Shown in pieces: positions 53,399 to 64,000 of a stretch of 64,000 nt of DNA. The position numbers and the translations under genes are program-made. Under the pieces are notes generated by a model. The model made no database searches, had not been told where the DNA came from, and was given only the letters and a program-made list of their open reading frames with translations. The stretch covers positions 308,348 to 372,347 of the forward strand of contig RHPI01000249.1 in assembly GCA_009103225.1 (NCBI GenBank). Direction: 5' to 3'. Source of the DNA: Chlorokybus atmophyticus (Eukaryota; Plantae; Mesostigma and Chlorokybus algae). Numbering within the stretch: the stretch's first letter is position 1; every line of letters starts with the position of its first letter.

Positions 53399-55533
53399 TT
53401 GCGGATGTGTAAGTACATAAGACACCAGCTTGCCTAGCGTTGTACAGAGTTGATAAACTAGTGTGCGCTGCGTAGCTTGGCTTGTATAGTTCGTCAAAAG
53501 AGCTTGTACAGTTCATGTACATGTCGAGGTAGTTGTACAGTTACCCATGGCATTACGCGGCCATCATGAAAGCTGCTCAGCATAATAAGTGAGGGAATGC
53601 GCGCACAGCGACGAGCTTGGCTACAAAGAGAGTGTCATGCATGGCGTTTTGCGTGCATGTTGTGATGACTGGTTCTGACATGTTGCAACGCTGCCTAGCG
53701 ACAGCAATCACAGTGTCCGCAGTGTATTGTTGGCGGGTACAGAGTGGGCGGTGGCGGCGGTGTGGGGGAGGGAGGGGGAGTCGAGTTGGTCGGCTGTTGC
53801 TGCTGTTATCGCCGCCGCTGCAAGGACTGGCTCCTAACTACAGTCGCGCAATTTAAGACTGCATTGCATATATGAATGACCCTGTGATTTGCTACGATGC
53901 TTTGTTGCTGCTTGGTCTAATTACCTCAATATTAAACCTATGCCTGCATAACTGACAGGGGGGCGATATAGAAAAGGTTGCGGGTAGAGGGTAGGTAGCA
54001 CGCAAGTGCGTTGCTTAGCCCAGTGGTTGTGTTGTATATATGCAAAATGTGCATGTAGCATTGAGGTGAATATATCGTGCAATGCGTACTATGTTTTGTG
54101 CATGCGCAATTTTACATTGATCGGACACAGTGTCAGATGGGGTCGTAGCCGCTCTCCCAATTTCTTGGTGAAACCTTGATGGTATTTAATAGGTTGTGCC
54201 ACTATATGACATGTGCCATCATGCGGATATCGTTGCATTTCCAACCAAGCCAGCCAGCACGCATTGAAGTATATAACTATATACATCAAAGGCTGCATAT
54301 GCATAGGGGAAATACATCATAGTCAATCACGTACACACACGCGTGCTCAGTGCGCAGACACACAACCAATAAATGTATGTTCATGAGAGGATGCATATAG
54401 TTTGTTTAAGATTGAGAAACGTTGTGTAGGATGTAGACCATTTGCAGTCAATGCCGCCGAAGCATAGCGTGCACGCGGCAACATCAGGCAGAGGGAAGCA
54501 AGTCAACCGCATGTTGGGTTGGCATGTCATTCAGGTGTTATAAACGTCGCAAGTGGTGATGACCGTGTGTGCGGCTACTGGCATGTGTCACAAGAGATTG
54601 CATATTAAGCGTTATATGCTGCGAGTCATAGTGTGCTTCTGTCCTATGCCTTTACCATTATGCAAGTTGTTTGGCAGAATCTACGCCAACTGTCACTACA
54701 TGTACATGCTGCCCTGTCTTCGTGCATATAAGTCTAAGCCCCATAGTGTAGGTGGTTAACTTGTATCTATCTTGCTAGTGGTGTGATCATGTTGGCTTCA
54801 TGGTTCAACACCAGGTTGCTTTCTGGTTGGCTTGCACTGTTTTGTGGCCCCTTTGTTCTACCCGGTAGGCTATTCTGGGTTCAGTGCATTGGTCTGCCCT
54901 GCTTCAGTGGCCTAGTGGCATTGAGCGGGGAGAAGTCACGTGGCACGGTGCGTGTCTGACACCAGTACGGGCACCTGACTCAGCAGCTCGTATCCCCCGT
55001 GGCCCCATTGTACAAGCGCCCCGACACCATCCCATGAAACGGCAAGCTGACGGATAAAGGCAAGCTGTAGGGTCGTGTTTTGTTGCCGTCGCAACGCCTC
55101 CACATCTCTGAATGTGATCCATCAATCAGCATCCGACCGGTAGGCGCTCGAAGAGGGGTGTTCTACAGGCCATGTACCCAACACGAACTGATGTGAACTC
55201 ATGACATGGCCGACGACGTGGTGAACGAAGTGGTGAACTTATGACCTAACCGACGACGGTGTGCGCCGGCGTTGCCGTATACGCGTGCACCATTTTCACG
55301 TGTTGCCAGTGATGGTCTCAACGCCGACGGCGCTTTTGCCTATACAGAGCCCTTTAAATCGGAATTTCCGCCGACAGATCGGTCTTGTTCTCAATACAAT
55401 GCATTGCTGATTGCACATAGTTTGCTGCAGTGTGCATCTGGCTGTGGGAATTGCATGGGTGTAACAAAAAGGTGTTGCTCCTGCAGTGGAGGCGGTGCTG
55501 GTGCCGGTGGCGGCGGCGGCGGCGGCCGTTGAG

Positions 55534-58500
55534 ATGAGGATATCCAGGCTTGTCCTCCTCTCCGTGCTGGTTGTATTAGCTGCAGTTGGTGCGCATGCCA
55601 GAAAGGAGGGCGGGAAGGTGGGCGGCTTCCCAGGCTTGACGCCCTTCAGCTTAGCTGCCACCGCTGCCGCTGGCGATGGAGCCTCCCAAGCTGCTTCCCG
55701 CATGCGATCCGGCAGCCAGCCTCAGGCACCACCTTTGTTACAGGCAAGCAACGGGGATAAGCTTATTGTTGCTGGCAGATCTCACCACATAGAACAGATC
55801 ACTTGACACACAATGCAGTCCAATGGAAGTACGCTGTGGCAAGAATGTCTTCATTGTGGACAGAACAAGCATGACTTCAAGCAGTCCAATTATCCAGCAT
55901 GAACGACAGACCGCAAGTTGTGAACATCAAGCTCGTCGCCTTGTGCTTGTAAACCGTCGCATGGATATGAGACTGAAGTGCTCACTGTGTTCACACGTTA
56001 TGTGCAACACAACAGCTGTTGCAGATACACAACAGCTGCCTTGTGCACAAACTTTAACTTTTCAGCTTAGATCATGCACTGACGCTTCGGCTATCGTGCG
56101 TCGCAGGGCCCGCAAGTACAAACACACACGCTCGAGGGTGTGGAGTGCGTGCTGATTGATGCCAGGAGCAAGCCTGGGCAGGCAGCGGCACTGGTGGAGC
56201 AGCTGGAGGCCTTCGGGTTGGCAAAGGGGGTGGCTGTTGCAGGCGATGTCGTGAGCTTCAAGCTGCCTCTCAGCCGTGTAGTTGAGCTGAACAGCCTGTC
56301 CGCACTCAGCTTCGCCATGCGATCACTTGCTGTCACGCATGTTGGCAAAGTCCAGTCTCAGGGCGACAAAGCCATGCGCAGCGACGTGCTCAAGGCCAGC
56401 GTTGCAGGCCTCACGGGTGCTGGAGTCAAAGTGGGCGTGCTTTCCGACTCATACAACGTAAGTGGTTCGCTGTGTTGTGTTGTGCAGTGCTGCGCGGGCG
56501 CACATGCTTAGCGTGTAGCACCACCCGTCTCATGCGTGGTGCTGCGCAGGCATTGAGAGGAGCAGCAAGCGATCTTGGTAGGTCTTCTGCATGCTTGAGG
56601 ACATGCGCACTCTGTGCGTGTGCCTTCAACATCGCGTGTATGCTTGTGTGTAGGCGTGGTTTTGTGCTTGTGCTTGTGCTTGTGCTTGTGCTTGTGCTTG
56701 TGCTTGTGCTTATGCTTGTGCTTGTGTGGCACAAGCTCAGCCCTTGCTGACTTCTCGACTTGCCGCAGCAAGCAAGGACCTTCCTCCAAATGTTAAAGTC
56801 CTCAAGGATCTGCCTTATGGGGCTGATGAGGGCAGGGGAATGCTACAGATAGTGCATGATGTGGCCCCCGGTGCCGCACTCTACTTCTACACCGCGTTTG
56901 ACGGGCTGGCCGATTTTGCCAACGGTATCATCACGCTTGCCGAGGCGGGCTGCAAGGTCATGTGAGTGCAACACTTAGAGTGTACACAATGCAATGGGGT
57001 CACATGCATAACATTGCATATATGTTACACACTAAACTATACACATATGCAGAGTGCAAGTGCACACACACACATCTCAACTGCTGTGCCACATCAAATA
57101 AGCACTTGCATGGTTCTCTGCAGAGTTGACGATGTTGTGTATTATGCCGAGCCGTTCTTTGAGGACGGCATTGTAGGTAAGCATTGATGTGAGTAACACA
57201 CATTGACCACAGAGTGTTCGCCTTAACAGTGGCATAATGAGTGCCATCATACTGCAGCCCAAGCGATTGACCAAGTCAAGTCACAAGGCATTGCATATTT
57301 TTCAGCTGCTGGTAACCAGGGACGCGAATCCTGGGAGACAGGTACGATCTGTTAATAGCTGTGAAGTCAACGTGTCAACCTGTCAGCACCAAAGCGATGT
57401 TGTGTATGTGCGCAGTTAAGTGGAGGGAAGACAATGATGGTTACTACTTGTTTGATGCAACATTCAACATGCAACAATTCTATGTCCCACCTGGATCGTT
57501 CGTGACGTTCGTCATGCAAGTATGTCAATGCGTGCCCACAGCTCAGCAGCGTATGGAGCATGGTGCACTTATTCATGGTTGCCCTACTTACGCATGAGTT
57601 CACGCAGTGGGACCAACCGTTTGGCAAGTCTGCCTCAGACCTTGATCTTGAGGTGTTTTTGTACGACTCCAAAGCGGACGAGTTCTACCCTTACACGGCT
57701 GACAACGCAGATAACACCAATGGCGATCCGGTTGCTGTAAGTTCATTTCATGTATTGGTATTCAGCTCACCTTTGCGCCACCTCTTCATTGTGAAATGAC
57801 TGATGTGCAGATTGTCAGCATCGAGAACAGCGATACTAGGCAGGGAGGCTATGTGTACATTGCCATAAAACGTTCCAGCGGCCCAAAGCCCGGCCGTGTC
57901 AAGTACGCTTGGTTTGGGTCGGGAACGCCGACAGAACACCTCACTGACTCTCCCGCATCATTTGGTCACTCGCAGGCCGAGGGCGCGTTCTCGTGCGCAG
58001 CAGCATAGTAAGCATTTGTGTGTAACTGTTTGCTTTAAGCGTGTTGATGCAGATGCATGTGGTGAGCTAACACGCCGTGACAACTTAACAGTTACCCGCA
58101 AACGCCGCCTTTTGGAACAAACCCAGCTGTGTTGGAAACCTTCAGCTCATTCGGCGGAACTCCAACGATTTTCTCCTCATCTGGCGTTAGGTGCGGCTTT
58201 CATCCCGATGTTGTGGATAATATCTGATCGACACTTGCTTGCAAGTGTTAACAACTCTACTACTGATTGCGTAGGCTTGCAAAGCCGATTGTGCGCTTGA
58301 AGCCAGATGGCTGCGGCCCAGGTGGGTTGCTGAGGAGGCAGAGTGGTTGTGGGCAGTGAGCCTCTCTCTGCTGTTGTGGTTATCCGCATCAGGAAATTGA
58401 CTGGGTATGATGCAGATGGAGCCGACACGACATTCTTTGGGGGTCAAGACCGCGATGGCAACGGCAAGCCCAATTTCAGCGGCACATCTGCCTCTGCGCC

Positions 58501-60088
58501 ACACATCGGCGCCTTGGCGGCGCTTCTGCGCCAAGCCAACCCTGCATTGACTCCCGATCAAGTGTACGACATCCTGCGTCTAACGGCTGACAACATGAAT
58601 CCTTACACCTCTCGCTTCAACTTTGGTGCAGGGTGAGTGAGACAGAATCGGCCTGTCTAGCACGTGTGGCGCACACAAAGCCACGCATTCCTGCATTCAC
58701 AGGCGCGCATGCGCGCCAACATGCATGCCTGTAGTACATTGCTACGCACGCGCATCTGCACACGCACAGGCATAGACACACAGGTACAGCACTTACTCAC
58801 AAGACTATGCGCTTACTCACTTCACAACTGTGTAGGTATGGTCTCGTGAACGCACTATCGGCATACACGGCAGCAAAATGCCGGACTGCGTGCGGCAAGA
58901 CGACGGTCACGTGGCCCTTCCATCTGGACGCCGGTTGCGGGCCGAGCGGCTATCATCTGGGCTGCAAGTCAGGTGTTTTGAGTCTCACAACCCCCTCGGG
59001 AACATACACTGTTGCCCTGCCGCTCCGCACGAGCTACTTGCTGCTGGCGAGCGCTGTCACGACGAAGCTCACCGCATATGGCTGTCCCAACGGCGACACC
59101 GCAAGGTCCTTCTCCGCCGTCAACACGTCTTACACCATTAGCGCACGCAACGTGGTGATGGGCTACGGCACCAACGGCAGGGCGAGCTTCACCACGTACT
59201 CGGCCACAGGAGCACGCATTGCGTCTAGCAGCTGTTCCACCAACACTAACGGCGTGCCGAGCTACTGCAACGGGACGCAATGCTGCACAATGCCTCTCGC
59301 AAAAGACTCCTCTCGCATCTCCTTCTCCGGTACAGGCAACTGCGGCGGGGCGGACATTCTGTACCCGCCTGCTGTGGTTAGCAGGATCACTCCCGCCAAC
59401 ACCAAGACCAACTATTTCCTCCGCCTTGACTTTTCTGCACCAGTCAGGTGGCAATGCGCGCGTGTCTACACATTGGGCCATCGTGTTCATGTCTCAATGT
59501 CAGTGTGTATAGCATTCAACCCAACCACTTACACATGCGGACCCACCTCTTAGGCCCAGGAGCACTCAAGCATGCGAAGCAATCGTCTGGTCTTTGGCAG
59601 CTTACAAATGCCGCTGGCCGCTCAACTTGCAGCCCTCCACACGGCTGCGGGATGCTTTTGGCCGCACGGCTGCTGATCAGGCAGTCATAGACTCCAGGTT
59701 CCCTACCTCAACCACACTGCAGCAAGCACTCATGTCGGTCGCCGAGCGCGCAGTAAGCATAGTGTATGAGAATGAGCAGTTGTGCACACATGATGCTCAG
59801 AGCATTAACGTTGTCCTCACTGTGTGCAGTACTCACAGCTCGGAGTCAAAGCAGTTGTGGCTCTGCTGAACTCCTACCGAGTGCGCTATCCCCTATACCC
59901 CAAAGAAGTGCAACAGCAGTTCATTGATGCTCTTCAATCCTCCAAGCAAGGTACACATGCATAGACTGAGTCTCTGGCAAGTGCTGTGTTTGCATGCCTG
60001 ACTGGAATATTGCTCCGCAGCTGTAGAACAAACGAATACCTTTCTGAAGTACAATGCCAACCAGTGGTGCCCGCTCACAACATGTTGA
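55534..60088 (+). CDS. Secreted multidomain protein: signal peptide + bacterial-type subtilase + WAK-type galacturonan-binding domain + PDF1-like C-terminal domain (~15 exons)
   Basis: Signal 'MRISRLVLLSVLVVLAAVGAHA'. Protease 'VQSQGDKAMRSD...GAGVKVGVLSDSYN', 'DEGRGMLQIVHDVAPGA', 'VDDVVYYAEPFFEDG', 'YFSAAGN', 'NFSGTSASAPHIGALAALL', 'GAGYGLVNA'. Then 'CRTACGKTTVTWPFHLDAGCGPSGYHLGC...CNGTQCC', then 'LRDAFG...LQQAL...YSQLGVKAVVALLNS..YPLYPKEVQQQFIDAL...AVEQTNTFLKYN'. The junctions I checked join in phase. Confidence 0.85.
56662..56724. repeat. (TTGTGC)n hexanucleotide microsatellite in subtilase intron 2
   Basis: About 10 units with one variant; it produces the spurious HKHKHK and VLVLVL ORFs. 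Confidence 0.95.
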
Positions 60089-62544
60089 CAGCACCCGCGA
60101 TCAGCGATCTAGCATAGATGGAGATTCATTGGCGAGTTGGACAGGTTTGCGGTATATTGCAATGGACTATTGGTGTAGCAATGGAACTGGTTACTTGGGT
60201 TCCTGTAGTTGTTGAGCTTAAGGATAAGGATGCTAGTAGAGACGTTGATACAGTCTACTCGCGTTGGTGTCACGCCAGTTAACAGTGTAATTGCGTTATA
60301 AGAACCAGTCTTAAAGTATCACGTATGTGGGGGAAGTTCATGTCACTATAAGACCTGTCACATTCGTTGTATGAACCAGCAATGGTTGTAGAGCGGTTCT
60401 TGTAATGAATATGTTAATGTAGTTTACTGACTTGGTTGTCTGTAATCAAACATATGCTAATGTATGTTGACATTATGTTTATGCAATCACAATTTATGGT
60501 TTTTCTTATGAGAACCACCAGACAGAATGGTGTGGTGGTGGTTACAATGGGACTAGAATACTGCGTTATGAGAAAGAAAAGGTGGAGGCAGGTGTAGTTG
60601 CTGTAACGAGCGTAGGCTGTAGTGAGTTTTGTTAGCCGCTAACGGCGGCGCGAGGGATGAACATGCCTTAATCTGGCTTCACCCGTTATTAGCTTGGCTG
60701 CACATAGCAATAGCTCGACATTGCCAATCGCATTAATAGTATCAACATTGCAGGTGGATGGGCATTTCGACTATGGTGGTGTTACGACTTGGCATAATGG
60801 TAGGCAGTTTCTGACATCAAGAACTTGTTTCACATTGATGCATTCATGCTGATTGGCTTACAATCATCGTTCTGCATTGTTTGGTTGATGGTACCATGGA
60901 TAGTAATTAGTGTCCTGTATACTTGTCGTGCAACATGCGCCGCATGATGTGCATATCGTGCTGTACACACATGCAGCATGTGACATGCACGCATGCGCGC
61001 TCTATATTTTATAAAAAAACACCATATTGTGACTTTGGTAGGTATGCTGACAGAACTGAAAGTGATTGACAACCGGGGACTCAACAATACGAGACCTTCA
61101 ATTGCGAAGGGTGGCTTCCACGCATTTCGTGACATTATGACATATGCTTGTCCGCTTGTGCTTATGCTTGTGAGCCTTGCATCCTTTGCTATAATGCTAT
61201 GCAATACTATACCCTTTATGCAACAAAATTGTTACAATGTGTTAAATATATATATATATACTGTTTGAACTGCTAAACGTGGGTGATTAAAGATAAACTT
61301 TGATGGTTGCCATAACAGCACATGCTATTTCAACGCAGGTAAATTGTAGGCGTTACAACTTGACACAAATACATTATTTTTAAATATTCCGCAGACATGC
61401 TTTTTAAAGGCGCGTCATACAATGGTGCAATTGCAAGCTATTGATACAATCTTACCCTTTGTAAATTTTGCACAATAAGATGAATGAAAACTGTATTGAC
61501 AATGATAATAATTGAAGGAGTACAATAATTAACCGTATTATTTTCATGATTGTTATACAACAGCTGTATTTATGCTTGCACTACGGTGGGTGCATTTGTC
61601 ATTAATAGTTTGGATACCCCACATTTAAAATGTTAACTTACCCATCATGTCCTCATGTACTTAAGGCATTGTGAAAGATGAATCGTGCTAATTGTTGTTA
61701 CAAGTGTAATCATGCTCGAGTAAACGTGCATCGCTTTGTCAAGTACGCGCATTACTCTTATCATGTATGGAATGAGGCTGAGGGTCAAAGGTATCTTATT
61801 TTATCTTCTAAGGAACATGCTAACATCCATATTACTATCGCTATCGCTGTCGCTGCTCTCCTCGCAGCTAGCAAGTGTGGGCGCGTATAATCTTCCACGC
61901 CGTCTCAGCTTTGTCAACCACGTCGGCATGCATGCGCGGGGCATTTCGTAGCGCGTTACCCTGCACCAAGCAACATGCCGAAAGCGGTGATGCGCACATG
62001 AGCTCGAGATTGTGGTTGACAACACAAATACCGGTAATATCACTACCATTATCAACAGCGTTGTGTCTATATGTTCGTACGCGCGCCACGTGGTGGCTAA
62101 TATGTATATATGCGTTTGCGTTGCGTTTCGCACGTGGCCGGAGGCCACTATGGACCAACCATGAAAATTGGATGAAAGGCATTGGGGCGTATTAAGATGG
62201 TAAAGCCCAATGCATTCTATTCCCACCGTCGAGTGAGTAGCCATAAATGTGCGGCTGCGACATCTGCTGCAGCAGCTGCCGCTGCTCACCCCTTGGCGTC
62301 GGCATCTGCTGCCGCAGCGCAAGGGGTGAGCAACTGTAACATGAGGCCTCACGGACTCGACCATAAAGACCTAAATGGGGTTTTAAAGTTCCAATCCTTA
62401 GGCTTTTACGCTAATCATTACCCACTTCGTAACAGCAGCGGCAGCTTCAAACTTTGACGGACACCAGCTTGGAGCGACGGCGGTGGGCCTTAGACATGCA
62501 AGGCGGCCACGCCCGCAGGCAACAGCTGCGGGGGCAATGCAGGC

Positions 62545-62713
62545 CAGGAGGGCGGCGGCGAGCAGCGGCAGGCTAAGGCGGCGCAGCCAGCCAGGCTAGA
62601 GGGGTTTGTTGTTTTATTGTTGTTTTTTGCCATTGTTCAGTGCTTGACCTCACGGCCTTGCTGCTGGGTAGAGCAGGAGGGCGGCGGCGAGCAGAGCCTG
62701 GCCAAGGCGGCGC
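62545..62713. repeat. GC-rich ~40-bp imperfect direct repeat (62545-62584, 62674-62713)
   Basis: CAGGAGGGCGGCGGCGAGCAG..C.GGC.AAGGCGGCGC occurs twice, 129 bp apart. Confidence 0.8.
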
Positions 62714-63958
62714 CACTTAATCAGGCCAGGTGGGTTTTTTAAATAGCCAACCAATTAATGCGTGCATGTGTTACCGTGTGCATATAGTGCGTGTTCGATT
62801 ATGTATGTGAGCTTCGCAGGTGCGTGCGTGCGTGCGTGCGTGCGTGCGTGTGTCTGTGTGTGTTTGCATGTGTGTGTGTCTATAGCCATATTATATGTAG
62901 CTTTATTCTCATATATGTAATTCGTGAATGATAAGGAGCGCGCACAGTCAAGAGTTGTTAATGGCATAGTAGCTTCCATGAGGTGTTTGTACAAGCTCCA
63001 TGAGAGATACACTTACGCTATGGAGGACGTGGTGCAAGTCGTAGATGATGAGTTACATGGGCACATTAATAGACGCTACGAATCAATAAGAGAGGCTGCT
63101 TGGCACGCAAACGGCTTAATGAAGAGGGCAACTGATAGTAGTGTCAATACACACTTCAGATATAAAAAGGTCGTGGTTGATCATGCTGAGTTAAACACAT
63201 GGGTGATAGATCTGCATGGATGACATGCTGGATGTATGCATTCATGCACACACTTGCGCGTGCAAAAGTTTGCACACATTCGCACGCATGTCGCCCTACG
63301 AATGCACATGCAAGCATATATGTCAACACGCATGTGCAACGCTGTGCCAGCGCATGCATACCACCCGGTCAATGATATGGTGTATGGCTGACTTGCAGCG
63401 ATTTTATAGCAAGTAGGTAACAAGGTGAAGGAGCATGATGTAGACCAAGGAGAATCAGCTGCATTTAATAATGTATGTATTTGTGCATTCATGCTATGCA
63501 AGCAAAGTGTACAAGCAACAGTAGACAAGCACAGGCTTCCAAAGCACAAATTACTTATCCCCTGTGCCCTTCGCTACCAATTGTTGGCATGTGTTATGTC
63601 ATGAATGGTGGTATAGGCAATGCAAGTAGCACAACATCATGTGTCACTACCTCAACATGCATTGTGTACGTATGCACATGTTATGCCGAAGCTAGTGCAC
63701 TTGGATAGTCGGCCTGAGTGTGACTGAACTACATCGATATTGACGTGACACTAGCATATGCGCCGTTGGCATGTGATGAATGCACAACAATACTGCGAAT
63801 GTACTTTAGTAGTTTGAGCACATGATGGGCAAGTATGCACAGCACTCTGACTGACTCAGATAAAGATACGAAGACAGTTGCATCGAATGCTATTTGCCTC
63901 AATGTTCACAGAGGATACATGATATGCAAACAGACATCAATTTCAATTGCGCTCGTTT

Positions 63959-63962
<4 letters not shown>

Positions 63963-64000
<38 letters not shown>
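63963..64000. repeat. (AT)n microsatellite running off the window end
   Basis: Read directly from the sequence. Confidence 0.95.

Noticed and set aside
56426-56796. ORFs with HKHKHK, VLVLVL, STSTST and CLCLCL repeats
   Set aside because: They are translations of the (TTGTGC)n microsatellite inside subtilase intron 2.
61000-61200. TLC-like 'HHIVTL' motif in ORF 60993-61268
   Set aside because: An isolated hexapeptide in AT-rich sequence; other TLC motifs are absent.
61290-61345. USP-like Cys-box peptide 'GCHNSTCYFNA' followed by a GT donor
   Set aside because: A very short match with no open continuation and no His box found downstream.

Overview
Intron-rich eukaryotic nuclear DNA, most likely from a streptophyte green alga or a plant-lineage relative. 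This is inferred from LRB/POB1-type BTB genes, a WAK-type galacturonan-binding domain, a PDF1-like domain and a plant-type TMEM120; it is not proven. The left 36 kb is a decaying accessory region. It holds the 3' half of a Ty3/Gypsy chromovirus, four disrupted paralogs of an LRB/POB1-like BTB-BACK gene (one split by a ~6 kb L1-type LINE, two inside a ~5.5-5.7 kb tandem duplication with an unidentified neighbour gene), and a disrupted multi-TM class-3 lipase. It also has a striking excess of short perfect palindromes. The right 28 kb carries apparently intact spliced genes: a BRI3/LITAF-like small protein, TMEM120, a LacZ-type GH2 beta-galactosidase with a hydrophobic N-terminal extension, NAA10, and a plastid PLAT-like/CGL160-like protein. 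The best novelty candidate is a ~15-exon secreted protein that joins a bacterial-type subtilase to a WAK-like pectin-binding domain and a PDF1-like C-terminal domain. All family assignments come from motif recognition by eye, with no database searches, and exon boundaries are manual.
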